From: Acidimicrobiaceae bacterium
Lineage (GTDB): Bacteria; Actinomycetota; Acidimicrobiia; Acidimicrobiales; RAAP-2
DNA length: 64,000 nt
Assembly (NCBI GenBank): GCA_003133685.1
Contig: PKYQ01000023.1
Span: 20,075 to 84,074, forward strand
Direction: 5' to 3'
The notes below the pieces were generated by a model that saw nothing but the letters and a program-made list of their open reading frames with translations, made no database searches and had not been told where the DNA came from. Below are positions 40,628 to 50,328 of this stretch, in pieces. The first letter of the stretch is position 1, and every line of letters begins with the position of its first letter. Position numbers and translations under genes: made by a program.

Positions 40628-40833
40628 TTGGTCGGCCATGATTTAAGGCTCCATGACATGCGCCATACAGGTCTGACGCTGGCTGCAGCAACAGGAGCGA
40701 CGACAGCTGAATTGATGCACCGGGCGGGCCACGCTTCTGCCCCGCTTCCCTGCGGTATCAGCGTGCATCGAGAAATCGTGACCGGCGTCTTTCAGACGCC
40801 TTGGAGGACATGATCATCTTGCCTGAGGTTTAG
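40628..40833 (+). pseudogene. Tyrosine integrase 3' remnant, frameshifted
   Basis: DLRLHDMRHTGLTLAAATGATTAELMHRAGHAS, then in the shifted frame LRYQRASRNRDRRLSDALE. Paralog of 55536-56624. Confidence 0.9.
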
Positions 40834-40985
40834 AAAGTCTCAATCAGTAGAAATCGACCTTCAGGAGTGATCCGTTGGTCGTTGTGGTGCGCGTTTCGTG
40901 AACAATATTGACGTTCTTGTGTCCGCGCGGCTTATCTCGTCACTTTGAAGGAGGATGGAGAGCACGACGCACTGAGGAGAACACA

Positions 40986-41660
40986 ATGATGCCCATGCAA
41001 AGACGGCACTCATGGCCACGTCTCTCTCGCACTCTTCTTCCGGCTGTGACAATGGCGGTGCTCCTCGGCCTAGGTAGTCCCGTCGGCGCTTCCTCCGCCT
41101 CTTCTTCCTCGGTGGCCCTTCGCATCGCGGACTATGCGGTGGCAACTGCGACACACGACAACCCCGCCCACGTTGTCACGGCGGCCGATCTCAGCAATGC
41201 CGCCGGCATCACCGCTGTGAATAACACCAACCTTTTCCTCCTGATCAACGTGGGTGACGTGTTCGGGTTTTCGCGACTCGTTCTGTTCTTTCAAGAGAAA
41301 CCATTCGTCGACATCTGTCTCAACCTCCCTGACACTGTCGGCGGCACACCAAAGATCATTCCGTGCCCGCGCCAGGCTCGGGGGCTTTGGGATACTCACG
41401 GCGGCGCTCTTGCTGTCAGCAATCGGGCCATCGCTGCAGCCGCGGCGACCGGACACGCCGTGTCAGGTGCCGACGTTGTTGCAGCTGCGAAGGTTTATCA
41501 CTTGACACTTCGCCGCAAGCCAATTTTCCTCGCGGGACAAGGTGGCAAGGTGGAGTTCACGACGCCGGTTGAAATGGGACTAAACACGAAGTTCACGGTG
41601 GACACCTGCGTCCAACTGCCAAAGACCGCCTACGGCATACCCATCTGGGTGCCTTGCTGA
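40986..41660 (+). CDS. Secreted protein with two internal repeats, each ending in a Cys pair
   Basis: Signal peptide; VDICLNLP...PKIIPC and VDTCVQLP...PIWVPC. Confidence 0.75.
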   Translation: MMPMQRRHSWPRLSRTLLPAVTMAVLLGLGSPVGASSASSSSVALRIADYAVATATHDNPAHVVTAADLSNAAGITAVNNTNLFLLINVGDVFGFSRLVLFFQEKPFVDICLNLPDTVGGTPKIIPCPRQARGLWDTHGGALAVSNRAIAAAAATGHAVSGADVVAAAKVYHLTLRRKPIFLAGQGGKVEFTTPVEMGLNTKFTVDTCVQLPKTAYGIPIWVPC

Positions 41661-41662
41661 GA

Positions 41663-41980
41663 TCAGGAGCCTGAAACCTTCACAGACAAGCAGAGGTGGG
41701 TGCTCGTGTCGGTCACACCATGAATATGTACCGGCTCGAGTGGCTGTCTTGGCGACAGCGAGGTCTCTGGAGCGCTGATCTCGCTGTGACTGGTCAATAA
41801 AAGGGCTCGCGAAGGTGCTGGTGAAACGGAACTGTGTCCTTCAATAACTCCATCGAACTGCACCGCCCTTGCAATCAACGCACCCCAAAGTGCGGGCGAA
41901 GAGTTTTGACTTAGCTGTCGGTGAGGTCCTTCGTCGGAAGTCTCGGGTCTCTTTCCTGCACGAGGTTGAAGAAGTGTCAC
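41663..41980 (-). pseudogene. 3'-truncated DUF5519-like paralog
   Basis: Aligns with the first ~100 aa of 14647-15108, then stops after HLCLSVK at the stop of the convergent gene. Confidence 0.8.
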
Positions 41981-42020
41981 GAACGCAAACTACTTAACGC
42001 CGCAGTATCAAACTTCAAGG

Positions 42021-42046
42021 TGTCGGTGGCCCGACGTAAAAGATCG
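42021..42046 (+). repeat. Junction motif copy c
   Basis: TGTCGGTGGCCCGACGTAAAAGATCG. Confidence 0.85.
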
Positions 42047-42109
42047 ATGTAGAGATCGACAACGGACGCATCGTTGATTTCGGCGTGAATTGCCCGCGAC
42101 ATGCAGGCG

Positions 42110-43330
42110 TCAAACTGAGACGACTTGCCAGTGACCCCCAGCGTCGCTCGTATGAAACAGTGCAGAGTGAGTCCGATTTGACTCACTCTGCACGATTGCG
42201 AAGCCGGTTGAACGACTTGCAAACACAACCTGGGAGACAGAGCGGTTGAGGACGACTTTCCAATTTTTCCCCCAATTCGTGCTGCGAATTAGCTGAAGGC
42301 GCGAATTCGTTGCCCGTTGGAGGAGAATTGTCCCAGGTACGGGCGCGGCCGGTAGTCCAGGCACGGCGTAGTAACCCCTTTGATAGGAACTTGACAGTTC
42401 TCGAAGTGGTTTGAACGTCGCCCCAGCGTCATAGGAAATGAAGAGCCACGAAGCGCTGTTGTTCCAATCGGGCGGCACGGTAGAAGCCGGCGGGATTACA
42501 AAGCCAGCGCTTTGGCCCACAGCGAGTAGAACCTTGCTTGTCACCGCCGTTATCGGACTAAAGCTCGCACCGAAATCCTCGAAAGAGGGACCGCTCCACG
42601 CTCTCCATGAGCCGTCATTCGACAGTCGTAAACTCGCGGTGAATCCGCGATCGTTCCCAGCAACAAGCCACCCACTGGAACCGATGAAACTGAATTGACC
42701 TTCCAATTCGCTACCTCCCGCGGGCACCAACATTGGTGCATTCGAATCCTTTGTCCATTGGTCCGCGTTTGAATGAGTAGCAAGAACGTAGGCATGACCG
42801 TTTTCATAAGATCCACCGAAGAGGTACGTCCATGCCCCATGCGTCGCCATCTGGATCACCCCGGAAGTGATTGAGAGCGGGCCAAGCCGAATTTGACGCC
42901 ACGTCTTGCCACCGTCATGGGTTGACCACAGACGACTGACCCAGTTTGGATTGGTCGTGTTCGGTGTAACAGGCGCGGGGACCGTTCCATAGATCCAGCC
43001 GTTTTGCGCGTTGGCGAAGTGGACGTTGATCGTCGAATACGAACTGCTGAAAGTACCCCACGAAACGAGGTGGAAGTCTTTGTTCATCTGGCCCGGCGTA
43101 TGAACAACATTCCACGACGAAGCCGCGTCAATGGTGCTTCGCAGGGCAGCGCACGTTCTCCCGCCGCAGTCATAGAGCGAGAGCACGTAGCCAAGGTGGG
43201 AAGACGGGAACGATAAGGACATGGGGTCCAGTTGAAGTGAAGTCGCCTCCGCCAACCCTGGAGTGAAACTCAACGAAAACATGACGACAATGCCGACTAA
43301 TAGTCGCCACATTCTCAATCCCAGAATCAT
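42110..43330 (-). CDS. Secreted BNR/Asp-box beta-propeller (406 aa)
   Basis: STHDGGKTW, SYDAGATF, HTSDAGGHW. Close paralog of 53897-55117. Confidence 0.87.
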   Translation of the reverse strand: MILGLRMWRLLVGIVVMFSLSFTPGLAEATSLQLDPMSLSFPSSHLGYVLSLYDCGGRTCAALRSTIDAASSWNVVHTPGQMNKDFHLVSWGTFSSSYSTINVHFANAQNGWIYGTVPAPVTPNTTNPNWVSRLWSTHDGGKTWRQIRLGPLSITSGVIQMATHGAWTYLFGGSYENGHAYVLATHSNADQWTKDSNAPMLVPAGGSELEGQFSFIGSSGWLVAGNDRGFTASLRLSNDGSWRAWSGPSFEDFGASFSPITAVTSKVLLAVGQSAGFVIPPASTVPPDWNNSASWLFISYDAGATFKPLRELSSSYQRGYYAVPGLPAAPVPGTILLQRATNSRLQLIRSTNWGKNWKVVLNRSVSQVVFASRSTGFAIVQSESNRTHSALFHTSDAGGHWQVVSV

Positions 43331-43441
43331 TCAAACTCCCTCGACGTGCTTGGTTTACCACGAAGCGGAATCGAACGACCGTCGCGCCCGATGGTTGAGG
43401 TCTCTTACTTGTCGGATTGAATCAAGGTTGCGAATCTGCGA

Positions 43442-43467
43442 TGTCGGGGGCCCGACGTAACAGTTCT
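43442..43467 (+). repeat. Junction motif copy d
   Basis: TGTCGGGGGCCCGACGTAACAGTTCT. Confidence 0.9.
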
Positions 43468-43732
43468 AATGGGTCTGGACGGCGCCACTTTTTTGAGTGA
43501 TGCTGTCTCCGAGCCACTGGCCGGGAGCATTGTCTGCAACCCGAGCGTTCAGCTCTAGTGCAAGAGCGTGCCCCAGTCGGTCGGTGAGGTTGACGGGTAT
43601 GGCTGAAGGGGTGTCGCGCCATGAGCACTGATCCATTAGGTCGCCACCGTCTCCTCGGGGCTAGTCCGCTTAGGACTTCAGGCTGGCGGCTGCAACTGTG
43701 CTTGCTGCACGCTGAATGATACGTTCAGTCCC

Positions 43733-44791
43733 ATGCAGAGATTCCTGGTCAAAACTTGGTTGGTGGCAGGGATGCTAGTGGCCAGCAGCACTCTCTTACC
43801 TGGCGTGTCATCGGCGTCTAAATCTACTTCTCGGGGTGCGACAGTTGCGCTCAAGACGCCCGCGGCCTTGGCCGTGTCATCCAAAGGCGTGCTCTACGTG
43901 GTTGACGCGAGCCGAGACCAGATCGTGCGGCGATTGTCAAGCGGTCGGTTCCAGGTGGTAGCGGGAGATGGACGTCGCGGTTTCTCCGGTGATGGCCACT
44001 TGGCGATTGACGCCGAAATCTCGATCAACCAACGGAGCGGTCTGGCGGTAGCGGTAAACGGAACTGTCTACTTCGCTGACGAGGGAAACGGTCGTGTTCG
44101 CGAGATACTGCCCAATGGCGACATTGAAACGGTCGCAGGTGGCGGAAGCGAGACTCCTGGCACGATATCCATTCCTGCGTTGCGCGCCAGGTTCGGAGCC
44201 CTTGATCAGTTGAACGGCTTGGCCATGAGTCCAGGAGGTGAGTTGTACATCGGTGCTAACGGCGTGTACCGATTGGTGAGCGGGGTGCTCCACTGGGTTG
44301 TCGGCACTGATGCAACTGGTCTCAACAAGGGATTCAAGGGTTATGGATCAAGTCCCGTCTTCCAGAAGGACTTCGACCCGGCGTACACCTTGGTCTTCGA
44401 CGGCAAAGGGGACTTGCTCGTTGGAGGTGGAAATACGTGGAGCCTCTACGAAAGGACCGTCGGAGGAGCATTTCGCTTCATCCAGGAAGACCGTGCTCAG
44501 GGCGGGTACTACGCAGCGATGGCCGCAGCGCCTGATGGCAACGTGGTATTGGCCGGAGGAGCGCTCGGCCTGGCATGGTTCCATCCTTCGGGAGTGATCA
44601 CGGCGATTCCTGCTTCTGAACTGTCAACGTTGCTCCCGCCACCGAGTCACTTCACCGTCGGTGAGAGTGTCGCCGTGGCCCCTAATGGTGCGGTTTATCT
44701 AGATGCTGACGCCAACAACGGCTTCACCAACGTGAGTGCGATTGTTCAAGTCACCTCTGCGGGACACGCAGTGCTGGTTTGGAAGTCCTGA
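43733..44791 (+). CDS. Secreted NHL-repeat protein
   Basis: Signal peptide; P.ALAV...LYVVD, VAGDG..GFSGDG, GTVYFADEGNGRVR. Confidence 0.85.
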   Translation: MQRFLVKTWLVAGMLVASSTLLPGVSSASKSTSRGATVALKTPAALAVSSKGVLYVVDASRDQIVRRLSSGRFQVVAGDGRRGFSGDGHLAIDAEISINQRSGLAVAVNGTVYFADEGNGRVREILPNGDIETVAGGGSETPGTISIPALRARFGALDQLNGLAMSPGGELYIGANGVYRLVSGVLHWVVGTDATGLNKGFKGYGSSPVFQKDFDPAYTLVFDGKGDLLVGGGNTWSLYERTVGGAFRFIQEDRAQGGYYAAMAAAPDGNVVLAGGALGLAWFHPSGVITAIPASELSTLLPPPSHFTVGESVAVAPNGAVYLDADANNGFTNVSAIVQVTSAGHAVLVWKS

Positions 44792-44874
44792 TGCAGTTCA
44801 GAGTTCGCCGGGACTCGCAAACTTGTCAGAGAATATCGTGCGACTGAAAGACGAGTCGATCGAGTCTCAATGGG

Positions 44875-44900
44875 TGTCGGTGGCCCGACGACCCAGTTCT
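44875..44900 (+). repeat. Junction motif copy e
   Basis: TGTCGGTGGCCCGACGACCCAGTTCT(GCAG). Confidence 0.88.
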
Positions 44901-45048
44901 GCAGCCCCGCATTGGCGACTCACGCACACGAAATAGTCACCGAATATGACGCCAGCGATTCATCTTCCAATTACTCACCTTCAAGGCGGAGGTCATCTAC
45001 GTGACCATGATCTCCGACGATAACTCGACGGTCAAGGTTCGAATGATG

Positions 45049-45067
45049 ATACTATTCAAATTAGTTC
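45049..45067. promoter_or_regulatory. Putative YtrA-type operator directly before gntR
   Basis: ATACTA-TTCAAAT-TAGTTC; near-identical to 52553-52571. Confidence 0.6.
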
Positions 45068-45068
45068 T

Positions 45069-45416
45069 ATGAATTTCTCTGAAGTTGACCGAAGCGAGCC
45101 AATCGCACTCCACCATCAGGTTGCCGCCGATATTCGTCGCGCGATTGCTGACGGTGAAGCGGCCCAAGGCGAGCGTCTACCGCCGGCGATCGACCTTGCC
45201 GCTGTCCTTGGGGTGAACAAGAACACGGTCATCCGAGCGCTGCACATCCTGCGTGAGGAGGGAGTCCTTGACTTCACGAGGGGGCGAGGCATTCGAGTGG
45301 TTGGCACCCCTGCGCGAAGTGCTCTTCTCACGAAGATGAACGAGCTCGTCTCTTTGGCGCGCGAGCAGGGATATCGCAAAGACGAGTTGGCTTCAATGAT
45401 TCTTTCGGTCCAGTAG
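45069..45416 (+). CDS. GntR family regulator, short YtrA-like type
   Basis: GERLPP..DLA..LGVNKNTVIRAL..LR.EG...TRGRG; 115 aa. Confidence 0.92.
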   Translation: MNFSEVDRSEPIALHHQVAADIRRAIADGEAAQGERLPPAIDLAAVLGVNKNTVIRALHILREEGVLDFTRGRGIRVVGTPARSALLTKMNELVSLAREQGYRKDELASMILSVQ

Positions 45417-45428
45417 CGAGGTTTCGAC

Positions 45429-46712
45429 ATGTCTCTCTTGACCGAAAAGAAAGATCAACTCTTGGTCGAGGAGATCGTGGTCCTCATTCCCGAAGCGCGC
45501 ATGCGCCAGCGGCGTCGGTGGTTACGTACGGGCTTGATCGTCCTCTTGGTGAGCGCCGTGGTACTTCTTGTTTCCCTCTACGTCGGTGGCTTAGGTAATC
45601 GGTCCACCACACCACCTGGGCCGAGTTCCGCGTTGACTCAAAGCTCAGTCACCCCTTTGCCGGTGGGAACCGTGATTAACGCGTCATCGGTCGTCGCCAT
45701 TCAGATGTTTACCGCAACGCAGGGAGTCGCAATCGCGACCTTCTGGAACAAGAGCTTCACGACGATTGGGAACTCGTATTTGACGACGACCGTCAACGGC
45801 GGAACGTCGTGGCGGATCACGGGCGTGTTGCCAACTGGCTCGTGGGCCGCCCTCGGTCAGGACACAGGACTAATCGCATTCGTCTCGCCCCGAGAGGGTT
45901 ACATCGCACAGCCAGCGCCTCATGGCCCCCTATTCACTTCCAACGGGGGTCGCACGTGGAGGAGCGTCGCATTCGCGGGTGAGACCACCTCACTGTCGTT
46001 GTCTAAGGGTGACGTCGTCGTGAGCGCCGAACGTTGCCCCACCGGGTCGGTGGGTACCAATCCGTGCGTGACTCGTCTAGGCACTTTCCCACTGGGGTCA
46101 CTGACGCCGACGAGTGCCACCGTCATTCCATCCTTGTTGGCTGGATCTACGAAGGTTGCGCCGCAGGTACTCGCGTTGTCGGGCTCCATTGGAATGGCGG
46201 TGGAGGGTTCGACCCTCATCGCGACGTCGGACTCGGGAACTTCGTGGCGTCGAGTCACCAATCCCTGTCCTGGGGAGGGACCGGGCAAAGCGCAACTGGC
46301 AAGCGATTCTCGCTGGTACATGCTGTGCGGACGCGGTGTGGGAATGATGAAGGCGTATAACTGGCTCTACAAGACCGCCGACGGTGGTCGAACGTGGACA
46401 CTGGTTGCGAAAGGTTCACCACTGCGCGATGTCGGAACTGGCAACATCGGACCTTACGCCGTCAATGCCTTCGGCGTGAGCAATGATGGCCGCGAAATGT
46501 GGATCGATGGCGGCCCTGGATTCCTCGAAGTCAGTTCAGACGGAGGACGTCAATGGCGATTCGCCGGCACAATCGGTGCGAAGACGAATATCAACGGTCC
46601 CTATTTCGTGAGTGTCGGTCACGAAGTGTGGATGCCAATCGAATTCGGCGGGCTCGTTCGAGCGACTCGGGCATCCTCTTGGAAGATTGTGGCCGAGTCT
46701 TCGTTCTCGTGA
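45429..46712 (+). CDS. Membrane-anchored BNR/Asp-box beta-propeller
   Basis: N-terminal LIPEARMRQRRRWLR plus TM; five S/T-x-D/N-x-G-x-x-W boxes. Confidence 0.85.
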   Translation: MSLLTEKKDQLLVEEIVVLIPEARMRQRRRWLRTGLIVLLVSAVVLLVSLYVGGLGNRSTTPPGPSSALTQSSVTPLPVGTVINASSVVAIQMFTATQGVAIATFWNKSFTTIGNSYLTTTVNGGTSWRITGVLPTGSWAALGQDTGLIAFVSPREGYIAQPAPHGPLFTSNGGRTWRSVAFAGETTSLSLSKGDVVVSAERCPTGSVGTNPCVTRLGTFPLGSLTPTSATVIPSLLAGSTKVAPQVLALSGSIGMAVEGSTLIATSDSGTSWRRVTNPCPGEGPGKAQLASDSRWYMLCGRGVGMMKAYNWLYKTADGGRTWTLVAKGSPLRDVGTGNIGPYAVNAFGVSNDGREMWIDGGPGFLEVSSDGGRQWRFAGTIGAKTNINGPYFVSVGHEVWMPIEFGGLVRATRASSWKIVAESSFS

Positions 46713-46739
46713 TGTCTGAATGTCGCTACGGTACGACCC

Positions 46740-47081
46740 GTGATGAAGTCGCTCATCCAACATCTAGAGAAATTCACTTCGCCCGATTCAGAAGCCCGTG
46801 TTGTCATCGGCAGGGAAAGTTCAACCCTAACCAGGGACGCACTTCAAGGTTCGTGGGAGAGAGCGCGTTTGGCCATTGGGCGACCGGACCTAAGGCTCCA
46901 CGACATGCGTCACACCGGGTTGACTTTGGCGGCAGCGACGGGAGCTACGACGTCAGAACTGATGCACCGCGCCGGACACGCCTCCGCACCCGCTGCACTT
47001 CGGTATCAGCATGCAACTAGAGATCGTGACCGGCGACTATCAGAAGCGCTGGAGGCCACGATTCCCGACCCGGAGATTTAG
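46740..47081 (+). pseudogene. Tyrosine integrase 3' remnant (about 113 codons)
   Basis: RDALQGSWERARLAIG.PDLRLHDMRH...GH...RYQHA, near-identical to the C-terminus of the intact integrase. Lacks the N-terminal domains and catalytic R/K. Confidence 0.92.
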
Positions 47082-47097
47082 GGCGGTACCACAATGT

Positions 47098-48348
47098 TCA
47101 AATTCCGCAATGCAAGTTTGAGAGCGGAAAGCTGAGAGCGGATGTCTCCGTTCCACGGTCCGTTCGTATGGGCGCAAGGAAAGTCACCACCAACCTCGAG
47201 TCACTGGACTGCATGGCGACAACAGGGTTTTGCTTGGTTGCTGTCGGCAACGGCGCACTCGCAGCGCACCACGCATTCGAGTCCGGCTTCAGGATTTCAA
47301 GGTGCTCGGCGGCCTCAAGTGGAGAGCCAGAGACCGCAATGAGAACTCCGTTGGCCGTAATCGTCATTACCTGTCCGAACGGAGCGAACGTTCCTCCGAC
47401 GGGCGCTCCGTCGATTTTCGGCAGTGAAACTGTGGTCCAGTTGATTCCATTGCGGGTGTAGAGGAGAGCGTCCGGTCGGCTGCGGTCGATGAGGAATTCG
47501 TCTCCTGATGTCGTGGCTACGAGCTGCTGGCTGCCGCATTGGCTCACGCTCGAGACGGCTCCGGCCGAGCGCCATCGAGTTGTGGTCGTGCCCTGTCCCG
47601 AGGCAACGACGAGAACCGACTGCTGCCACTCGGACATCCCACAAGCCCCCTGAGGCGACTCCGGGCCGAAGATCACACAAGTCTTACTCGCTGTGCAACC
47701 CAAGCGCAGGTCCGTCCACGAATGCCCGCCAGTTGACGACGACGCTGCAACGAATGAGGCTGTTTGTCCCGTCTTAAGTGGAAAGAAGTAGTTGCGCGAG
47801 TAGAGCAACGCGACGCCGCCGAGTCGCTCGTCGAATCCTGCAAAGTCGGTCAACGAGTAGCCACGAGGAGGCGGTACGAACCGCCAACTCTTACCCAAGT
47901 TTGAGGTTACGAGCGCGACATCGTAAGCCGGCGGAATCGATTCACCGTGACTCGCTTGGAAGCCGGCATAGACGGTCTTCGGATGGCTGGGATCGAGTGC
48001 GATGTTTTCGCACGTAACGACCACCTTCGAGCCCCCAGACAAACTAGGCAGTCCCAGATGGGAACGGCTCAGCATCGGCTCCACAGAACTATCCGGGACA
48101 AGAATTGTCTTGTCACTGCCTGCAGCAATCTCCACTCCTTTTTTGGAGCACCACGCATAGGTCGCACTCCCGGGTTGGGCGGCAATGGGGCTGCCCCACC
48201 CAGCAGGCTGGATGAGTAGGGGCCGGACAACTCCCAGGGACGCCCACGGTATCGAAGGGCCATCAGTCGTGGCCATCGAAGGCGTCGCGGTAACGGCGCT
48301 AATCGCAATCGTGGCGACAGTGAGAAATACTCGGCGAAAGATGACCAC
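47098..48348 (-). CDS. Secreted beta-propeller-like protein with Asp-box-like repeats
   Basis: Signal peptide; TSNLGKSW, SSTGGHSW, TRNGINW; several Cys pairs. Confidence 0.78.
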   Translation of the reverse strand: MVIFRRVFLTVATIAISAVTATPSMATTDGPSIPWASLGVVRPLLIQPAGWGSPIAAQPGSATYAWCSKKGVEIAAGSDKTILVPDSSVEPMLSRSHLGLPSLSGGSKVVVTCENIALDPSHPKTVYAGFQASHGESIPPAYDVALVTSNLGKSWRFVPPPRGYSLTDFAGFDERLGGVALLYSRNYFFPLKTGQTASFVAASSSTGGHSWTDLRLGCTASKTCVIFGPESPQGACGMSEWQQSVLVVASGQGTTTTRWRSAGAVSSVSQCGSQQLVATTSGDEFLIDRSRPDALLYTRNGINWTTVSLPKIDGAPVGGTFAPFGQVMTITANGVLIAVSGSPLEAAEHLEILKPDSNAWCAASAPLPTATKQNPVVAMQSSDSRLVVTFLAPIRTDRGTETSALSFPLSNLHCGI

Positions 48349-48565
48349 GCTTCACTATCGCATTCCATTGTCGACAGCGTGGCTCGGGGGATAGAGCCCC
48401 TTCAGCCTCAGAGCAGTCAAGGTCGAATCACTTGCTTGGTGCGCCATTTCGGGCATATAACGGGCATGTAGCAGGGGTAAATGGTGGTTATTCGCGGTCA
48501 CCATTGGTCACTCGCGGACACTCCAAAACCCTTGCAAATAAAGGGCTTTAGGCCGAATTTCCAGA

Positions 48566-48612
48566 GCACCCCCAACGGGATTCGAACCCGTGCCGCCACC
48601 TTGAAAGGGTGG
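48566..48612 (-). repeat. att core, junction of elements B and A
   Basis: Exact 47-bp tRNA-Glu 3' half. Confidence 0.96.
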
Positions 48613-48784
48613 GTGAAATCTGATTGAGCCAGTGGTGAAACCACTGATCAACAGCAATATTCATAGACGATGCCTTCCGACTAGAAAGGCTCTGGGCATA
48701 CTACGGGCATAAACGGAGATTGTCTCGTGCAACAAGGGGAGGGCGATTCAGACTGACCAGTTCGTTCGTGTAACGCTGACTCCG

Positions 48785-49399
48785 ATGCGGACATTTCCTG
48801 TAGTGGGATCACCAAAAGAAGAGTCCGCAGCTTGGGCTGCATCACTAGAGAACGACGGGAACGCCTTCGCCGAGGTCTTCGATCTGCACCGCGACCGTGT
48901 TTATCACCACGCCCTACGAATGACCGCCAACGTCCACGATGCGGAAGACGTCGTTGCAGCCGCATTCTTCGAACTATGGCGCCTGCGGAAGTCTGTTCGA
49001 GTGGTCGATGGTTCCGTGTTGCCCTGGCTTCTGGTCACCACTACAAATCTCTCGCGAAATCTGACTCGTGGAATCCGTCGTTATCGAGCACTGATCGCGT
49101 CATTGCCACGCGCCATAGAAGTGCGAAGTTCGGAGGATGCTGCGTTGGAAAAGATTGAAGAGCTGCGACTCGCCGCAAACCTGCGCGAAGCGATGAGCAC
49201 TCTCGCGCCTGCGGATGCTGCCCTCATCATTCTCACTACCTTCGAGCATTACTCGCTCGCAGAAGTTGGCGCTGCCCTTGGCATCTCTGACGGCGCTTCA
49301 CGAACACGCCTTCACCGCGCTCGGACGCGCCTAGGGGTTGCGCTCGAATCGTTGGAACAAGTTGATGGCGACTTCATGACGAAGGGGAGGAATCGATGA
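48785..49399 (+). CDS. ECF sigma-70 factor
   Basis: DAEDVVAAAFFELW...PWLL (region 2); SLAEVGAALGISDGASRTRLHRAR (region 4). Confidence 0.93.
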   Translation: MRTFPVVGSPKEESAAWAASLENDGNAFAEVFDLHRDRVYHHALRMTANVHDAEDVVAAAFFELWRLRKSVRVVDGSVLPWLLVTTTNLSRNLTRGIRRYRALIASLPRAIEVRSSEDAALEKIEELRLAANLREAMSTLAPADAALIILTTFEHYSLAEVGAALGISDGASRTRLHRARTRLGVALESLEQVDGDFMTKGRNR

Positions 49400-50211
49400 G
49401 CACCTTAGAGATGGATCCGGTATTCACCGCAGCACTTCGCGAAGCACTGATTAGCAACGCAATATCGATTCCCCAAGCGAAGCGCCGATGGCGTTGGCGC
49501 TTCGGTGCCGGCATGTTCGTGACCTTGTCGATTGCGGCTGGAGGTGTGGCACTGGCTACGGGTCTGTTTTCACAACCCGGTGCCCCTATTGACACCCAAC
49601 TCGGCAGCATCGTTGTTGCTACACGAACGGGTACAGCGACGATCGAAGTCGGCACACCGCCCGCAGGAGCAACCGATATTTCACTCACGCTGACCTGCCT
49701 CACGGCGGGCTTGTTCGATTTTCCCAACGGTTCGAGCATGACGTGCAACGCGGCCGATCTAAGCCGACCATCAGCTCAACGCTCGGGGAGCGAAGTCGTG
49801 CCAATTAGTCCCGGCTCTGACATGGTGACGATCGAGACGAGTTCGAACGCAACGTGGACGTTGCAAGCCGTCTTCGTGAATCGGGTCCCGACCACTTGGG
49901 GCGTCAACGCGAACGGTCAAACTTACGGTGTATCGAACCAGCAAGGCACCCCTGATCTCATATCCGTCGTGATCGACGACGGCGCGAAATATGGCTATGT
50001 TACGAAGAGCGAATTGAACTGCGCAGCAGGTGGTGACGTCACATCGTCGGCGGAGGCTCAAGCTTGGGACAAAGTGAGCCAGAACCTGAATGTTTCCATT
50101 CCCGCTTACGAGAGCGATGGCGTGACGGTCGTCGGTACCTTCACTGTTGGTAGTGCCACTGGACCGAATGCAAAGACGGTCCCGCTCTCGTCTCTCTCGT
50201 TGGGCTGCTAG
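49396..50211 (+). CDS. Putative anti-sigma factor, single TM with extracytoplasmic domain
   Basis: ATGA overlap with the ECF gene; basic patch plus TM; C-terminal NANGQTYG...PDLISV domain. Confidence 0.75.
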   Translation: MSTLEMDPVFTAALREALISNAISIPQAKRRWRWRFGAGMFVTLSIAAGGVALATGLFSQPGAPIDTQLGSIVVATRTGTATIEVGTPPAGATDISLTLTCLTAGLFDFPNGSSMTCNAADLSRPSAQRSGSEVVPISPGSDMVTIETSSNATWTLQAVFVNRVPTTWGVNANGQTYGVSNQQGTPDLISVVIDDGAKYGYVTKSELNCAAGGDVTSSAEAQAWDKVSQNLNVSIPAYESDGVTVVGTFTVGSATGPNAKTVPLSSLSLGC

Positions 50212-50264
50212 ACAAATCCAGAACCGCATCCCTCCTCTAAATCAAGAGACTGAGTGAGGGTACT

Positions 50265-50290
50265 GGTCGTGGGCCCGACATAACGGGTCT
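50265..50290 (+). repeat. Junction motif copy f, between convergent stops
   Basis: GGTCGTGGGCCCGACATAACGGGTCT(GCTA). Confidence 0.8.
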
Positions 50291-50328
50291 GCTACTAGCC
50301 ACTGGAGACTTCGGAGTTCGGCACCGGT

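Larger units (their letters stand above)
37615..48612. mobile_element. Integrative element B (10,951 bp core to core), no intact integrase
   Basis: Flanked by 47-bp direct repeats. CGGGCATA arm repeats at both ends (37742, 37753; 48450, 48461). Two integrase 3' remnants inside. Confidence 0.9.

Noticed and set aside
50265-50296. Chromosomal dif or full pdif site
   Set aside because: Only a XerD-like half (TTATGTC on the minus strand) is present; there is no XerC arm ending in TAA at 6-nt spacing.
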